In this document: in pieces, positions 44,211 to 57,056 of the stretch | Position numbering within the stretch: position 1 is the stretch's first letter | Layout of the letters: every line of letters starts with the position of its first letter | Assembly: GCA_963514005.1 (NCBI GenBank) | Contig: OY740781.1 | Span: forward strand, 98,208,001-98,272,000 | DNA length: 64,000 nucleotides | Origin: Raja brachyura | Taxonomy: Eukaryota | Direction of reading: 5' to 3' | Made by a program: the position numbers and the translations under genes | Notes under the pieces: generated by a model | Told to the model about the DNA's origin: nothing | Databases searched by the model: none | Seen by the model: the letters and a program-made list of their open reading frames with translations, nothing else

Positions 44211-46458
44211 ATTTCAATATAATTATGGAGAAGGACAGAACTGGGCCTAGGGTTGAGATTTTTGATTGGAGAAAGGCTAACTTTAACGAGATGCGAGATG
44301 ATTTAAAAGGAGTGAACTGGGACATTTTGTTTTATGGGAAAGATGTAGAGGAGAAATGGAGGACATTTAAAGGGGAAATTTTAAGAGTACAAAATCTTTA
44401 TGTTCCTGTTCGGTTGAAAGGAACCAGTAAAAATTGGAAAGAGCCCTGGTTTTCAAGGGAAATTGGACATCTTGTTCGGAAAAAGAGGGAGATCTACAAT
44501 AATTATAAGCAGCATGAAGTAAATGAGGTGCTTGAGGAGTATAAGGAATGTAAAAAGAATCTTAAGAAAGAAATTAGAAAAGCTAAAAGAAGATATGAGG
44601 TTGCTTTGGCAAGTAAGGTGAAAGTAAATCCAAAGGGTTTCTACAGCTATGTTAATAGCAAAAGGATAACAAGGGATAAAATTGGTCCATTGTAGAGACC
44701 GAGTGGACAGCTATCTGCAGAGCCAAAAGAGATGGGGGAGATATTGAACAATTCCTTTTCTTCGGTATTCACCAAGGAGAAGGATAATGAATTATGTGAG
44801 GTAAGGGAAACTAGTAGAGTAGCTATGGATACTATGAGTTTCAAAGTAAAAGAAGTACTGACACTTTTGAAAAATATAAAAGTGGATAAGTCTCCAGGTC
44901 CTGACAAGATATTCCCTAGGACATTGAGGGAAGTTAGTGTAGAAATAGCCGGCGCTATGACAGAAATATTTCAAATGTCATTAGAAACGGGAATAGTCCC
45001 CGAGGATTGGCGTACTGCGCATGTTGTTCCATTGTATAAAAAGGGTTCTAAAAGTAAACCTAGCAATTATAGACCGGTTAGTTTGACTTCAGTGGTGGGC
45101 AAATTAATGGAAAAGATACTTAGAGATAATATATATAAGTATCTGGATAAAGAGGTTCTAATTAGGAACAGTCAACATGGATTTATGCCTGGAAGGTCAT
45201 GTTTGACTAATCTTCTTGAATTTTTTGAAGAGGTTACTAGGGAAATTGACGAGGGTAAAGCAGTGGATGTTGTCTATATGAACTTCAGTAAGGCCTTTGA
45301 CAAGGTTCCTCATGGAAGGTTGGTTAAGAAGGTTCAACTGTTGGGTATAAATGCAGGAATAGCAAGATGGATTCAACAGTGGCTGAATGGGAGAAGCCAG
45401 AGGGTAATGGTGGATGGCTGTTTGTCGGGTTGGAGGCAGATGACTAGTGGGGTGCCTCAGGGATCTGTGTTGGGTCCTTTGTTGTTTGTCATGTACATCA
45501 ATGATCTGGATGAAGGGGTGGTAAATTGGATTAGTAAGTATGCAGATGATACCAAGATAGGGGGTGTTGTGGATAATGAAGAGGATTTCCAAAGTCTACA
45601 GAATGATTTAGGCCAGTTGGAAAAATGGGCTGAAAGATGGCAGATGGAGTTTAATGCTGATAAATGTGAGGTGCTACACCTTGGCAGGACAAATCAAAAT
45701 AGGACGTACATTGTAAACGGTAGGGAATTGAAGAATACAGTTGAACAGAAGGATCTGGGAATAACCGTGCATAGTTCCTTGAAGGTGGAATCTCATATAG
45801 ATAGGGTGGTAAAGAAAGCTTTTGGTATGCTAGCCTTTATAAATCAGAGCATTGAGTATAGAAGCTGGGATGTAATGTTAAAATTGTACAAGGCATTGGT
45901 GAGACCAAATCTGGTGTATGGTGTACAATTTTGGTCGCCCAATTATAGGAAGGATGTCAACAAAATAGAGAGGGTACAGAGGCGATTTACTAGAATGTTG
46001 CCTCGGTTTCAACAGCTAAGTTACAGAGAGAGGTTGAGTAAGTTAGGTCTTTATTCTCTGGAGCGCAGAAGGTTAAGGGGGGACTTGATAGAGGTCTTTA
46101 AAATGATGAGAGGGATAGACAGAGTTGATGTGGACAAGCTTTTCCCTTTGGGAATAGGGAAGATTCAAACAAGAGGACATGACTTTAGAATTAAGGGACA
46201 GAGGTTTAGGGGTAACATGAGGGGGAATTTCTTTACTCAGAGAGTGGTAGCGGTGTGGATTGAGCTTCCAGTGGAAGTGGTGGCGGCAGGTTCGTTGGTA
46301 TCATTTAAAAATGAATTGGATAGGCATATGGATGAGAAGGGTATGGAGGGTTATGGTATGAGTGCAGGCAGGTGGGACTAAGGGAAAAAAGTTGTTCGGC
46401 ACGGACTTGAAGGGCCGAGATGGCCTGTTTCCGTGCTGTAATTGTTATATGGTTATAT
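44211..46458 (+). mobile_element. Young CR1 LINE (subfamily B) nested in CR1-A
   Basis: gata duplicated at 44207-44210 and 46459-46462. The host frame FLESMRD|SYLNQHV rejoins. Confidence 0.95.
44732..46381 (+). CDS. CR1 ORF2 reverse transcriptase (549 aa open, 5'-truncated element)
   Basis: KSPGPD, NYRPVSL, QHGF, KAFD, GVPQGS, YADD. Confidence 0.92.
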   Translation: MGEILNNSFSSVFTKEKDNELCEVRETSRVAMDTMSFKVKEVLTLLKNIKVDKSPGPDKIFPRTLREVSVEIAGAMTEIFQMSLETGIVPEDWRTAHVVPLYKKGSKSKPSNYRPVSLTSVVGKLMEKILRDNIYKYLDKEVLIRNSQHGFMPGRSCLTNLLEFFEEVTREIDEGKAVDVVYMNFSKAFDKVPHGRLVKKVQLLGINAGIARWIQQWLNGRSQRVMVDGCLSGWRQMTSGVPQGSVLGPLLFVMYINDLDEGVVNWISKYADDTKIGGVVDNEEDFQSLQNDLGQLEKWAERWQMEFNADKCEVLHLGRTNQNRTYIVNGRELKNTVEQKDLGITVHSSLKVESHIDRVVKKAFGMLAFINQSIEYRSWDVMLKLYKALVRPNLVYGVQFWSPNYRKDVNKIERVQRRFTRMLPRFQQLSYRERLSKLGLYSLERRRLRGDLIEVFKMMRGIDRVDVDKLFPLGIGKIQTRGHDFRIKGQRFRGNMRGNFFTQRVVAVWIELPVEVVAAGSLVSFKNELDRHMDEKGMEGYGMSAGRWD

Positions 46459-48220
46459 GATAGTTATCTAAATCAACATGTAGAGGAACCAACGAGAGAG
46501 CAGGCTATTTTAGACTGGGTATTGATTAATGAGGAAGGGTTAGTTAGCAGTCTTATTGTGCATGCCCCCTTGGGCAAGAGTGACCATAATATGGTCGAGT
46601 TCCTCATTAGGATGGAGAGTGACATTGTTAATTCAGAAACAATGGTTCTGAACTTAAGGAAAGGTAACTTTGAGGGTATGAGACGTGAATTGGCCAAGAT
46701 TGACTGGCAATCAATTCTAAAAGGGTTGACGGTGGATACGCAATGGAAGACATTTAAAGGCTGCATGGATGAACTTCAAAAATTGTTCATCCCAATTTGG
46801 CAAAAGAATAGATCAGGGAAGGTAGTGCATCCGTGGATAACAAGGGAAATCAGGGATAGTATCAAAGCAAAGGATGATGCGTACAAAGTAGCCAGAAAAA
46901 GCAGCATACCAGAGGACTGGGAGAAATTCAGAGACCAGCAGAGAAGGACAAAGGGCTTGATTAGGAAAGGAAAAATAGATTATGAAAGAAAACTGGCAGG
47001 GAACATAAAAACTGACTGCAAAAGTTTTTAGAGATATGTGAAGAGAAAGAGATTAGTTAAAACAAATGTAGGTCCCTTGCAGTCAGAAACAGGTGAGTTA
47101 ATCATGGGGAACAAGGATATGGCGGACCAATTGAATAACTACTTTGGTTCCGTTTTCACTAAGGAAGACATAAATAATCTGCCGGAAATAGCAGGGGACC
47201 GCGGGTCAAAGGAGTACTTGAGTGAAATACAGGTTAGTCAGGAAGTGGTGTTGGGTAAATTGAATGGATTAAAGGCCGATAAATCCCCAGGGCCAGATAG
47301 GCTGCATCCCAGAGTACTTAAGGAAATAGCTCCAGAAATAGTGGATGGATTAGTGATAATCTTTCAAAACTCTTTAGATTCTCGAGTAGTTCCTGAGGAT
47401 TAGCGGGTAGCAAACGTAACCCCTCTTTTTAAGAAGGGGGGGAGAGAGAAAACGTGGAATTACAGACCAGTTCGTCTAACATCGGTAGTGGGGAAACTGC
47501 TAGAGTCAGTTATTAAAGATGGGATAGCGGCACATTTGGAAAGTGGTGAAATCATTGGACAAAGTCAGCATGGATTTATGAAAGGTAAATCATGTCTGAC
47601 GAATCTTGTGGAATTTTTCGAGGATGTAACTAATAGCGTGGATACGGGAGAACCAGTGGATGTGGTGTATCTGGACTTCCAGAAGGCTTTCGACAAGGTC
47701 CCACATAAGAGATTGGTATATAAACTTAAAGCATATGGCATTGGGGGTTCAGTATTGATGTGGATAGAGAACTGGCTACAAACAGGAAACAAAGAGTAGG
47801 AGTAAACGGGTCGTTTTCACAATGGCAGGCAGTGACTAGTGGGGTACCGCAAGGCTCAGTGCTGGGACCCCAGCTATTTACAATATACATAAATGATCTG
47901 GATGAGGGAATTGAAGGCAATATCCCCAAGTTTGCGGATGACACTAAGCTGGGGGGCAGTGTTAGCTGTGAGGAGGATGCTAGGAGACTGCAAGGTGACT
48001 TGGATAGGCTGGGTGAGTGGGCAAATGTTTGGCAGATGCAGTATAATGTGGATAAATGTGAGGTTATCCACTTTGGTGGCAAAAATAGGAAAACAGACTA
48101 TTATCTAAATGGAGGCCGATTAGGAAAAGGGGAGATGCAGCGAGACCTGGGTGTCATGGTGCACCAGTCATTGAAAGTAGGCAAACCCTACCATTCCTTG
48201 ACATTTCCGACATTTCCCTA

Positions 48221-49162
48221 CCATTCCTTGACCTCACCATCTCTATTGCAGGTGACACACTCCTGACTGACATCCACTACAAACCAACTGACTCCCACAG
48301 CTACCTGGACTACTCTTCCTCCCACCCTGCTTCCTGTAAGGACTCCATCCCCTATTCCCAATTCCTCCGACTACGCCGCATCTGCTCCCAGGATGACGTG
48401 TTCCACACCAGGTCATCGCAAATGTCCTCGTTCTTCAGAGAACGGGGTTTCCCCTCCCCCACTATAGATGAGGCTCGCACCAGGGTCTCCTCCATACCCC
48501 GCAACACTGCCCTCTCTCCCCATTCCCCCACTCACAACAAGGGCCGAGTCCCCCTGGTCCTCACCTTTCACCCCACCAGCCAGCGCATACAACAGATAGT
48601 CCTCCGCCAGTTTCGCCACCTCCAACGTGACCCCTCCACTCGCCACATCTTCCCATCTCCCCCCCTATCTGCCTTCCGCAAAGACCGCTCCCTCCGCAAC
48701 TCCCTCGTCAATTCTTCCCTTCCCTCCTGCTCCACTCCTTCCCCGGGCACTTTCCCTTGCAACCGCAAGAGATGCTACACTTGTTCCTTCACCTCCCCCA
48801 TCCACTCCTTTCAGGGACCCAAGCAGTCATTCCAAGTCCGACAGAGGTTCACCTGCACCTCCTCCAACCTCGTCTACTGCATCCGTTGCTCCAGATGCCA
48901 GCTAATCTACATCGGTGAGACCAAGCGGAGGCTAGGCGATCGTTTCGCCGAACACCTCCGCTCGGTCCGCAATAACCAACCCGACCTCCCGGTGGCTCAG
49001 CACTTCAACTCCCCCTCCCACTCCGTATCCGACCTCTCGGTCCTGGGCCTCCTCCATGGCCAGAGTGAACAACACCGCAAGTTTGAGGAACAACATCTCA
49101 TATTCCGCTTGGGGAGTCTGCATCCTCTGGGCTTAAACATTGAATTTTCTCTATTCTGTTAA
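48221..49162 (+). CDS. Penelope RT C-terminus + Cys linker + GIY-YIG endonuclease (open frame)
   Basis: PFLD..YKPTDSHSYLDYSSSHP; CNRKRCYTC; LVYCIRC..YIGETKRRL..RFAEH; EEQHLI; GLN. Confidence 0.9.
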   Translation, partial: PFLDLTISIAGDTLLTDIHYKPTDSHSYLDYSSSHPASCKDSIPYSQFLRLRRICSQDDVFHTRSSQMSSFFRERGFPSPTIDEARTRVSSIPRNTALSPHSPTHNKGRVPLVLTFHPTSQRIQQIVLRQFRHLQRDPSTRHIFPSPPLSAFRKDRSLRNSLVNSSLPSCSTPSPGTFPCNRKRCYTCSFTSPIHSFQGPKQSFQVRQRFTCTSSNLVYCIRCSRCQLIYIGETKRRLGDRFAEHLRSVRNNQPDLPVAQHFNSPSHSVSDLSVLGLLHGQSEQHRKFEEQHLIFRLGSLHPLGLNIEFSLFC

Positions 49163-49399
49163 CCCAGACTGCTCCTTTCCCCCCACCCCCCCACCTCTCC
49201 CTCAGCCCTCGGGCCCTGACATTCCTTCTCCATCTCCCCCCCCCCCCCCCCAAGTCGCACTAGCTTCTCATTTTCACACCAGAAACAGCTTACAATGGCC
49301 TGCTTTCCTTATCACCAATACTTTTTTGCATATCTTTCACTCATTGTTCTTGCTTTATCTCTCCATATCACTGTTTATATCTCTCGTTTCCCTGATCCC

Positions 49400-49445
49400 T
49401 GACCAGTCTGAAGAAGGGTCTCGACCCGAAACGTCGCCTATCTCC
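49400..49445 (+). ncRNA. Minimal type I hammerhead-like motif in the Penelope 3' repeat
   Basis: CTGAAGA (49408-49414), stem gggt-ctcg-accc, GAAACGTC (49428-49435). Stem I is weak. Confidence 0.55.
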
Positions 49446-50524
49446 TTCACTCCTTAGATGCTGCTGCACCCGCTGAGTTTCTCCAGCTTTTTGTGTAACC
49501 ATTGAAATTAGGCATGCAGGTACAGCAGGCAGTGAAGAAAGCGAATGGTATGTTAGCTTTCATAGCAAAAGGATTTGAGTATAGGAGCAGGGAGGTTCTA
49601 CTTCAGTTGTATAGGGCCTTGGTGAGGCCACACCTGAAGTATTGCGTACAGTTCTAGTCTCCAAATCTGAGGAAGGACATTATTGCCATAGAGGGAGTGC
49701 AGAGAAGGTTCACCAGACTGATTCCTGGGATGTCAGGACTGTCTTATGAACAAAGACTGCATAGACTCGGTTTATACTCTCTAGAATTTAGGAGATTGAG
49801 AGGGGATCTTATAGAAACTTACAAAATTCTTAAGGGGTTGGACACGCTAGATGCAGGATGATTGTTCCCGATGTTGGGGAGGTCCAGGACAAAGGGTCAC
49901 AGCTTAAGGATAAGGGGGAAATCCTTTAGGACCGAGATGAGAAGGAATTTTGTCACACAGAGAGTGGTGGGTCTCTGGAACTCTCTGCCACAGAGGGTAG
50001 TTGAGGCCAGTTCATTGGCTATATTTAAGAGGGAGTTAGATGTGGCCCTTGTGGCATAAGGGGATCAGAGGGTATGGAGAGAAGGCAGGTACAGGATACT
50101 GAGTTGGATGATCAGCCATGATCATATTGAATGGCGGTGCAGGCTTGAAGGGCCGAATGGCCTACTCCTGCACCTAATTTCTATGTTTCTATGTTTCTAT
50201 GTTTCTTTTAAATTACTTTGCAAAAATTTCTAAACACCGCTTTTCACTTTTTTATTATGGAGCATTGTGTGTAGATTGATGATAAAAAAATAATTTAATC
50301 AATTTTAGAATAAAGCTGTAATGTGGAAAAGTGAAGCGGTCTGAATACTTTCTGGATGCACAGTCTGGTGGGGATCCATGCAATGCATCTTTACCTCCAG
50401 TATGTACAGGCACAGTGCAACAATTAACATGAAATGCTGGAGTTCTAATGAGAAACAACATTCAATTATCAAGTGTGTGAAATGTACTAATCTGGCACTC
50501 GTTTCAATGCTCGTATGTGATAGG

Positions 50525-51570
50525 ACCAGGATTAGGCCTTTCGGCCCATCAAGTCTACTCTGCCATTCAGTAATGGATTATCTATCTTTCCCTCTTAACC
50601 CCATTCTCCTGCCTTCTCTCCATAACCCCTGACACCCATACTGATCAAGAATCTATCTATCTTTGCCTTAAAAATATCCAATGACTTGGCCTCCACAGCC
50701 TTCTGTGGCAATGAGTCCCACAGATTAACTACCCTCTGACGAAAGAAGTTCCTCTTCACCTTTCTAAAAGAGCGTCTTTTAATTCTGAGACTGTGAACTC
50801 TGGTCCTAGACTCTTCCACTAGTAGAAACATCCTCTCCACATCCACTCTTTCCGGGCCTTTCCCTATTCAGTAAGTTTCAAGGAGGTTCCCCCTCGTCCT
50901 TCTAAACTCCAGCAAGTAGAGGCACAGCACCGTCATATGCTCATCACATGTTAACCCACTCATTCCCAGGATCATTCGTGTAAACCTCCTCTGGACCCTC
51001 TCCAGCATCAGCACATCATTCCTCAGATATGAGACCCAACATTGCTCATAATACTCCAAATGTGGTCTGACCAACGCCTTTTAGAGCCTCAGCATTACAT
51101 CCCTGTTTTTGCATTCTAGTCCTCTCAAAATAAATACTAGCATTGTGTTTGCTTTCCATACTACCGATTAGACTTGCAAATTAACTTTTTGGGTGTCCTG
51201 CACCAGCACTTCCAAGTCCCCTTGCATATCTGATTTCTGGATTCTTTCTCTATTTACGAAATAGAGTATGCCTTTATTCCTTCTATCAAAATGTATGACT
51301 CAACACTGCCACACTATATCCCGTCTACCACTCCTCTGCCAACTCTCCCAATCTGTCCAAGTCCTTCTGAGGAGTCCTTGGTTTCTCTACACTACTTGCC
51401 GCTCCACCTATCATCGTATCATCTGCAAGCTTGGCATCAAAGCCTTCAATCCCCTCATCCAAATCATTAATATATGACGTAAAGAGTAGTGGCCCCAGCA
51501 CCAGCCCCTATGGAACTCCGCTAGTCACTGGCCACCAACCAGAAAAAGACTCCTTTATTGCCACTCTTTG
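50525..51570 (-). mobile_element. CR1 LINE 3' portion (decayed)
   Basis: ORFs VRPHLEYY..LERVQRRFTRMI and SRTRVHSLRI..QRVVNLW. Confidence 0.9.
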
Positions 51571-54500
51571 CCAGGGAATATTAATTCCCTGCACATGCTG
51601 TTGGTGTTAGGAGAGGGCAGAGGAAAATACCATTCTCCAGCAACAGGAGGTAGAAATTTGCCTCAGAGATCCACCAGCCTGAGCAGATAATCATGAGGTA
51701 TTTTAACATTTTACATGGTCAGGAAAATCAAGATGAATGGCAGATATTCCCATGTCCTGTTGTGGAAAAAATCTTTCTTTGCTTTTCAGATGAATTGAGT
51801 ATTTTTCATCTCTCCAATCTCATCTCTAAACTTTTTTGCTCACCAATCCCATGCAAAGCATGACATAATTTCATGTTCCAGCACGTTTTGAAAATAATTT
51901 TTCAGATATACATGCACCGTTACAGCAAACATAGCTTAATTCATACTTTCTTTGCAATTCATGCGACAACAAGGAAGGACAAAGAAAGAGAGGTTATCCA
52001 ATTATCTTGCAACATGGAGACACAGAGGAGGTTGGCTTGGACATTACTGAGCTATCAACAAAGTTCAAAATCAGAGATGAGAAAATAGTTACTTGATAAC
52101 TTTCTGATTTATGAATTAAATGTTTGAGTGTCACTTACTATAGAGAACTCAGTCACATTGAGCAACAGTGGGGTCTTAATGAGAACTTGCAACACTGTTA
52201 ACTTGCCAGGACTCCTCTGATTTTTTAAAATCTCTACAGAGTCTTCACATGTACAGGGTAAGATGATGAAAATCTAAGATAACATTTGATTTTCTTTGGA
52301 AATCCCAACACCTACCTCCTTAACTGATAGGAAGCTTTGGACTTCTACATTGAAATGCATGAACTGGAACGTCTGACCTTCCTAAGAAATGCTCACTGCT
52401 CTCATTTTGTGTGGATTCCAGTGTTGGACAATGTAGAATCCACCTGTAAAGCTCCAGTTTCTTGTAATTTCCTGGCAGCTGTGCTCAGGAATCAGCCCAC
52501 TGAACCTGCTTGATATGCTCCTTTGGTGCTCTCCATCCCAGCATGAAACTACAATGCTACAGGTTCTGTGACTGTTCAAGTTGGTTCTCACCTGATGGCC
52601 AAAGACACCATAAGTGACAGTGTCAGATGTCAAATATCAAGTGTGTAGAGTAATCCCTCAGGTCCGTTAAAAAGCAGCAAAAGGGCTTCTCCATTCAACC
52701 ATTCTGAGCATCATTGTCTCCCCTCAGTTGCTACAATGTGCTCACATTACATTCAATGGAGTGAATGAAACCAATGAGTCTCGAGTTAAAGTAAAAATTC
52801 GGTGTGAATACAAAATTAACTTATCATTTGTAAAAAGGGCAGACATTTCTTCAATTATATGTTGAGGTTTGTGTCATGGAGCTGGTTTCCTTAATTGCTA
52901 TCACTTTCAATACCTTAAAACTCCACTCCCAAATCCACCAGCTCCTCCATGTTAAAAATAACTCCAATGTTTTTAATAATTTAAATTAATGAATTGGGAT
53001 CTCTTGCAGTGCAGATGTGAAATTATTTCATTTCACCCAAGCAATGCGTTGCATATTTTAGAAAATGTGTGAGGCCAAAATTGACAAAATTAATAGAAAT
53101 GAAATGGAGCTCAAACATAAGCCAAAAGAGCATTAAACAAACACATATGAAGGGTGAAGCAATGTTCATCGCTGAGCATTGAGAAAGACAAACAAAGTGA
53201 TTTATGAGGCATGAATGATTATTTAGGCCATTAGGGAAATCCTAAAACATTGACATGGTATCATATTCAGAAAAGATAACAGAAGAAACATGGGGAACTA
53301 AAGACCAATTAGTTTTATTTCAGTTCTGCACAAAATAATAAAATCAATTATCCACACAACATTTGAGAGTTATCCATGAAATAAGAATTAGTAAACATGC
53401 TCACAGCTTTACATGACAAAAGTCTTACTTTATTTCAGACTGCTTTATTTCTGGGAAAACAGCAATTATCTAAAGATTCATATTTCCCATGTATATTGAC
53501 ACATATCAGCTCTACCTCACCTCCATCTCTCCATCCTCTGCTGCCTCAGTGTTGGCAGGTAGCTTTCCTGGACTCCATTCTTGAAGCTAGAATGCTGAGA
53601 TTTAAATCATGGGAATACAGCAGCACAAACTCCATATGCCCACCACACATTTCTTTGCATAAACCGTGTTTGAACTCGAGTGCAATGTTGGAGTAATCTA
53701 CACCTAGAGTTGAACTTTCATACCAATTTTCTTTCCAGCATAAAGATCACTTCCCTCCCCATTACAGGATGTTGGCAATATAATTTTGAATGGGGATGGT
53801 GGGGGATGGCAAACTGGCCAAGAGAACATTTGCAATCTGAAGAAGGTTCTCGACCCAAAAATTCACCTATTCATTTTCTCCCCAGATGCTGCCTGAGCCG
53901 CTGAATTACTCCAGCATTTTGTGCCTATCTTTACATTCTGATGCCTGGAGTGCCGAAGATGGGAATGAGACTTTTACCAACAGAATAATGTCAGAAGAGT
54001 CAAGAGTGTCTAATTGTCACATATACTGAAAATATTACATTGAAATTCTACTTTGCGTCAAATAAATAATATAATAGCGATACTTCTGGAGTGAGAATCT
54101 CAAACCAGGGAGCATGACTTCAACGAAGAACTCGACCAGTCAATAAGTTAGAAGATATTTATTCATGAAACAAACAGTGGACTATATTTCAATACTAAAT
54201 TCAAATCTGAGATTGACATTTTTGTTTCTCACTTTAATGTAAAATGGTGTCAAAAGGCTGGATGGGATTAAAAATCTCGACCAGTCATTGATAAATGGAA
54301 CAAACTCACGGACAGGATAACTGAGCATCCAACAATCTCAAAGATTTTGGGGTCATGGCAATGTGCAGCTCCTTCACATGTTGCTTTGACAAGGTACATA
54401 AATCTCATCTTCAAAAGAATAAATCTGATCGTCAAAATCATGTTCTAGTATAGAAGAAGGATAAGGACGTCAAGGTAAGGGAACCTTCGATGAACAAAGA

Positions 54501-54770
54501 GGTTGTAAATTTGGTCGAAAAGAAAAAGGATGGTTATGTAAGATTTAGAAAGATAAAATCAGACATGGCCTTTGAAGAATATAAAGCAGGCAGAAGAGAC
54601 CTCAAGCGAGAAGAGTCAAAATGGGTCAGGAAATGTCATTGGCAAGTTGGATTAAAGAAAAACACGAGGCTTTTTATATCTATATAATTAAAAGTCTAAT
54701 CTTGACCACTTCCTGTTTGCACTGTGCTTTGATTTTAGAAAAAACGCTACCACTTACGGCTGTGATTTTT

Positions 54771-57056
54771 TAAATGTTATTATTTTTTTTTTTTATTGAA
54801 GGAAAGATACAATACAGCTGACATAATGCATTATATTTCCCTCCATTTTGTTTTTTATATATAACAACAAAGTTACCCTCACCCACCCTCTTTGAACACC
54901 CCTTGGCAGCTGATGTGTTCACAATACAACATATCACAAATACAATTGCACATTTTGACAGCAATACCTCTACATTCTTCCAAGGTGCAGGCCCATACAT
55001 ACCCACAACATGTCAGATGGGGTATGTATGGGCCTGCACCAGAATACACTCATTCATTATGCATCAACCGTCATGTGAGGTAATCAACATTTGCGTAAAC
55101 ACAAATAAGTTAATAAATAACAGTAAAACATAAATAAAGGCAGATCCCCAACTACCTGTTTGATCTTCAGATTATTTTGGGAAGTTGGCATTCGAAACGG
55201 CAAGCCAGTGCCAACATTTTTACATCTACATTCAGAAGTGAGATGGGGCAGTATGATCCACATTGAGTCGGATCCTTGTCTTTTATAAGAAGAAGTGAAA
55301 TAGATGCCTGTGAAAGGGTGGGGGTTAAGGAACCATTTTCCAAAGATTCTTGAAACATTTCTAGAAGAACTGGTGTGAGCTTATCCTTAAATTTCCTATA
55401 AAATTCTAATGGGTAGCAATCAGGGCCTGGAGTCGCACCACTCTGCATCACCATAATGACATTATTAATCTCTTTCTGCCCAAGAGTCTGATCTAGATCT
55501 TCTGCCTCTTCTGGTTCCAGAGTGGGTATTCCCAAATCATATTTGTTGTATCTGAGGGGAATTCTGAGGTGTAAAGAGAAGAATAAAAGGCTGTGAAAGT
55601 ATTATTAATTTATTTTGGATTGCTTGTTATGTTTTGGCGTGTGTCTCTTATCTGAGGAGTAAGTCGTGACGCAGCTAGACGCTTCAGCTGGTGAGCCATA
55701 AGCCGGCTCGCCTTGTCACCATATTCATAATAGAGACCACGAGTCCTGAGAATTAGTTGTTCTGATTAGTTAGTAGATAGAAGATTGAATTTTGCTTTGT
55801 AAATTAGCATGGCTTTTATATAATTCAGCAGTGGGTGCCTCAGAGTATTGCCTGTCCAGAACCAGGACGGATTGTGACAAGGTTTGCATTTCCTTCTTAC
55901 ATCTTTATTGGCGTATGAGGTATAAGAAATGATTTGACCTCTCAAGTAAGCTTTTAAAGTTTCACAAAGTAACGAGCATAATACCAGCTTGGTTTTATTA
56001 GTCTCAAAGAATGTGTCTATGTTAGCCGATACTAAACTGCAGAATTTCTCATTGGAAAGCAAAAGGGAGTCTCCAAAGTGGTCGTTCTTTAATTTTTAAA
56101 GGAAAACCTAGGTCCAGTATCACAGGCAAGTGATCTAATATCGCAATAGTAGTATATTCAATTTTCTTAACCATAGGAAAAAAGGAGCTGTCTATAAAGA
56201 AATAATCTATTCTGGAAAAAGAACGGTGAACATGAGAAAAAAAAGGAGAATTGTCTAGCAGTGGGTTCAAGAATCTCCTGGGGACCACATAACCATTTTG
56301 TTGCATAAACAGTGAGAAGGTCTTTGCCATACTATAAGATATCCCCTTAGAACTAGACCTCAAGCAGTATCCAGAAAAGATTAGCTGGTGTGTGTTCAGA
56401 TCAGCTATTAATGACAAAACGTTATTTGCAAAGTGGACATCATCCCAATTAGGGGCATAAACGTTCACTAAGAAGACATGTTTTTGAAAAAGAGACCCAG
56501 AAACTATAATAAACTGGCCATTAGGGTCACTGACTACGTCAAATGGTGTAAACTGTGTTCTTTTGTCGATTAATATTGCCACACCCCTGGACCGGCCATT
56601 GAATCTAGAGTGAAAAATCTGACTAACCCACGCTTTACGCAGTCTATTATGATCTTCCAGTCTTAAGTGAATTTCTTGTAGAAGTAGTATATCTGTTTTT
56701 AATTGTTTTAGATGAGAAAAATCCTTAGCTCTTTCAACAGGACCATTAAGCCCCTTTATGTTTCAAGATATAAACCTCACAGGATGGCCTCCATCAATGT
56801 CACCATTCGCCATATTTCAAAACACATATTTAAAAAATACACAGGGTCTGCCATCCAAAACAAAGCAAAGGCTGTATGTGGAAACACACAATGGAGAAAA
56901 AAAAGTCTAGTGCATTCGTGACATTCAAAGAATAAGTTGCCTTACCCAAAACATTTCCCTCGTCCCCTTACAATAACAAAACAAAACATTTAACCCCCAA
57001 AACCTAAATCTTCTTCTCCAACTGAGGACGATCTCAGGTATTACTATTGAGGCAGT
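54771..57056 (-). mobile_element. L1-clade LINE, 5'-truncated and RT-deleted, nested in the Helitron
   Basis: TSD gctgtgattttt at 54759-54770 and 57057-57068. Poly(A) at the left end. APE endonuclease and linker coding remnants. Confidence 0.88.
55150..56813 (-). pseudogene. L1 ORF2 N-terminal half (endonuclease through PGPD/PISLLNVD)
   Basis: NIKGLN, LLQE, GVAIL, VNVYAPN, SRIDYF, LDH, TLKAYLRG, TPGPD, PISLLNVDVK. Confidence 0.85.

Larger units (their letters stand above)
48184..49499 (+). mobile_element. Penelope-like element (Neptune-like), 5'-truncated, 15-bp TSD
   Basis: TSD cattgaaagtaggca (48169-48183) and cattgaaattaggca (49500-49514). Confidence 0.93.
43713..50205 (+). mobile_element. 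CR1 LINE (subfamily A), nearly complete decayed ORF2, inserted in the Tc1 right ITR
   Basis: Segments 43713-44210, 46463-48183 and 49515-50205 rejoin into EN (LNARSI, GITETW, GDFN, SDH) plus RT (DFQKAFDKV, FADD). (TTTCTATG)n tail. Confidence 0.95.
41661..50363 (+). mobile_element. Tc1 (IR/DR type) DNA transposon carrying multiple nested insertions
   Basis: TA|cagtgcattc start. Left ITR of about 210 bp with inner DR agtattcagaccc. Right ITR split into 43668-43712 and 50206-50363. Confidence 0.9.
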
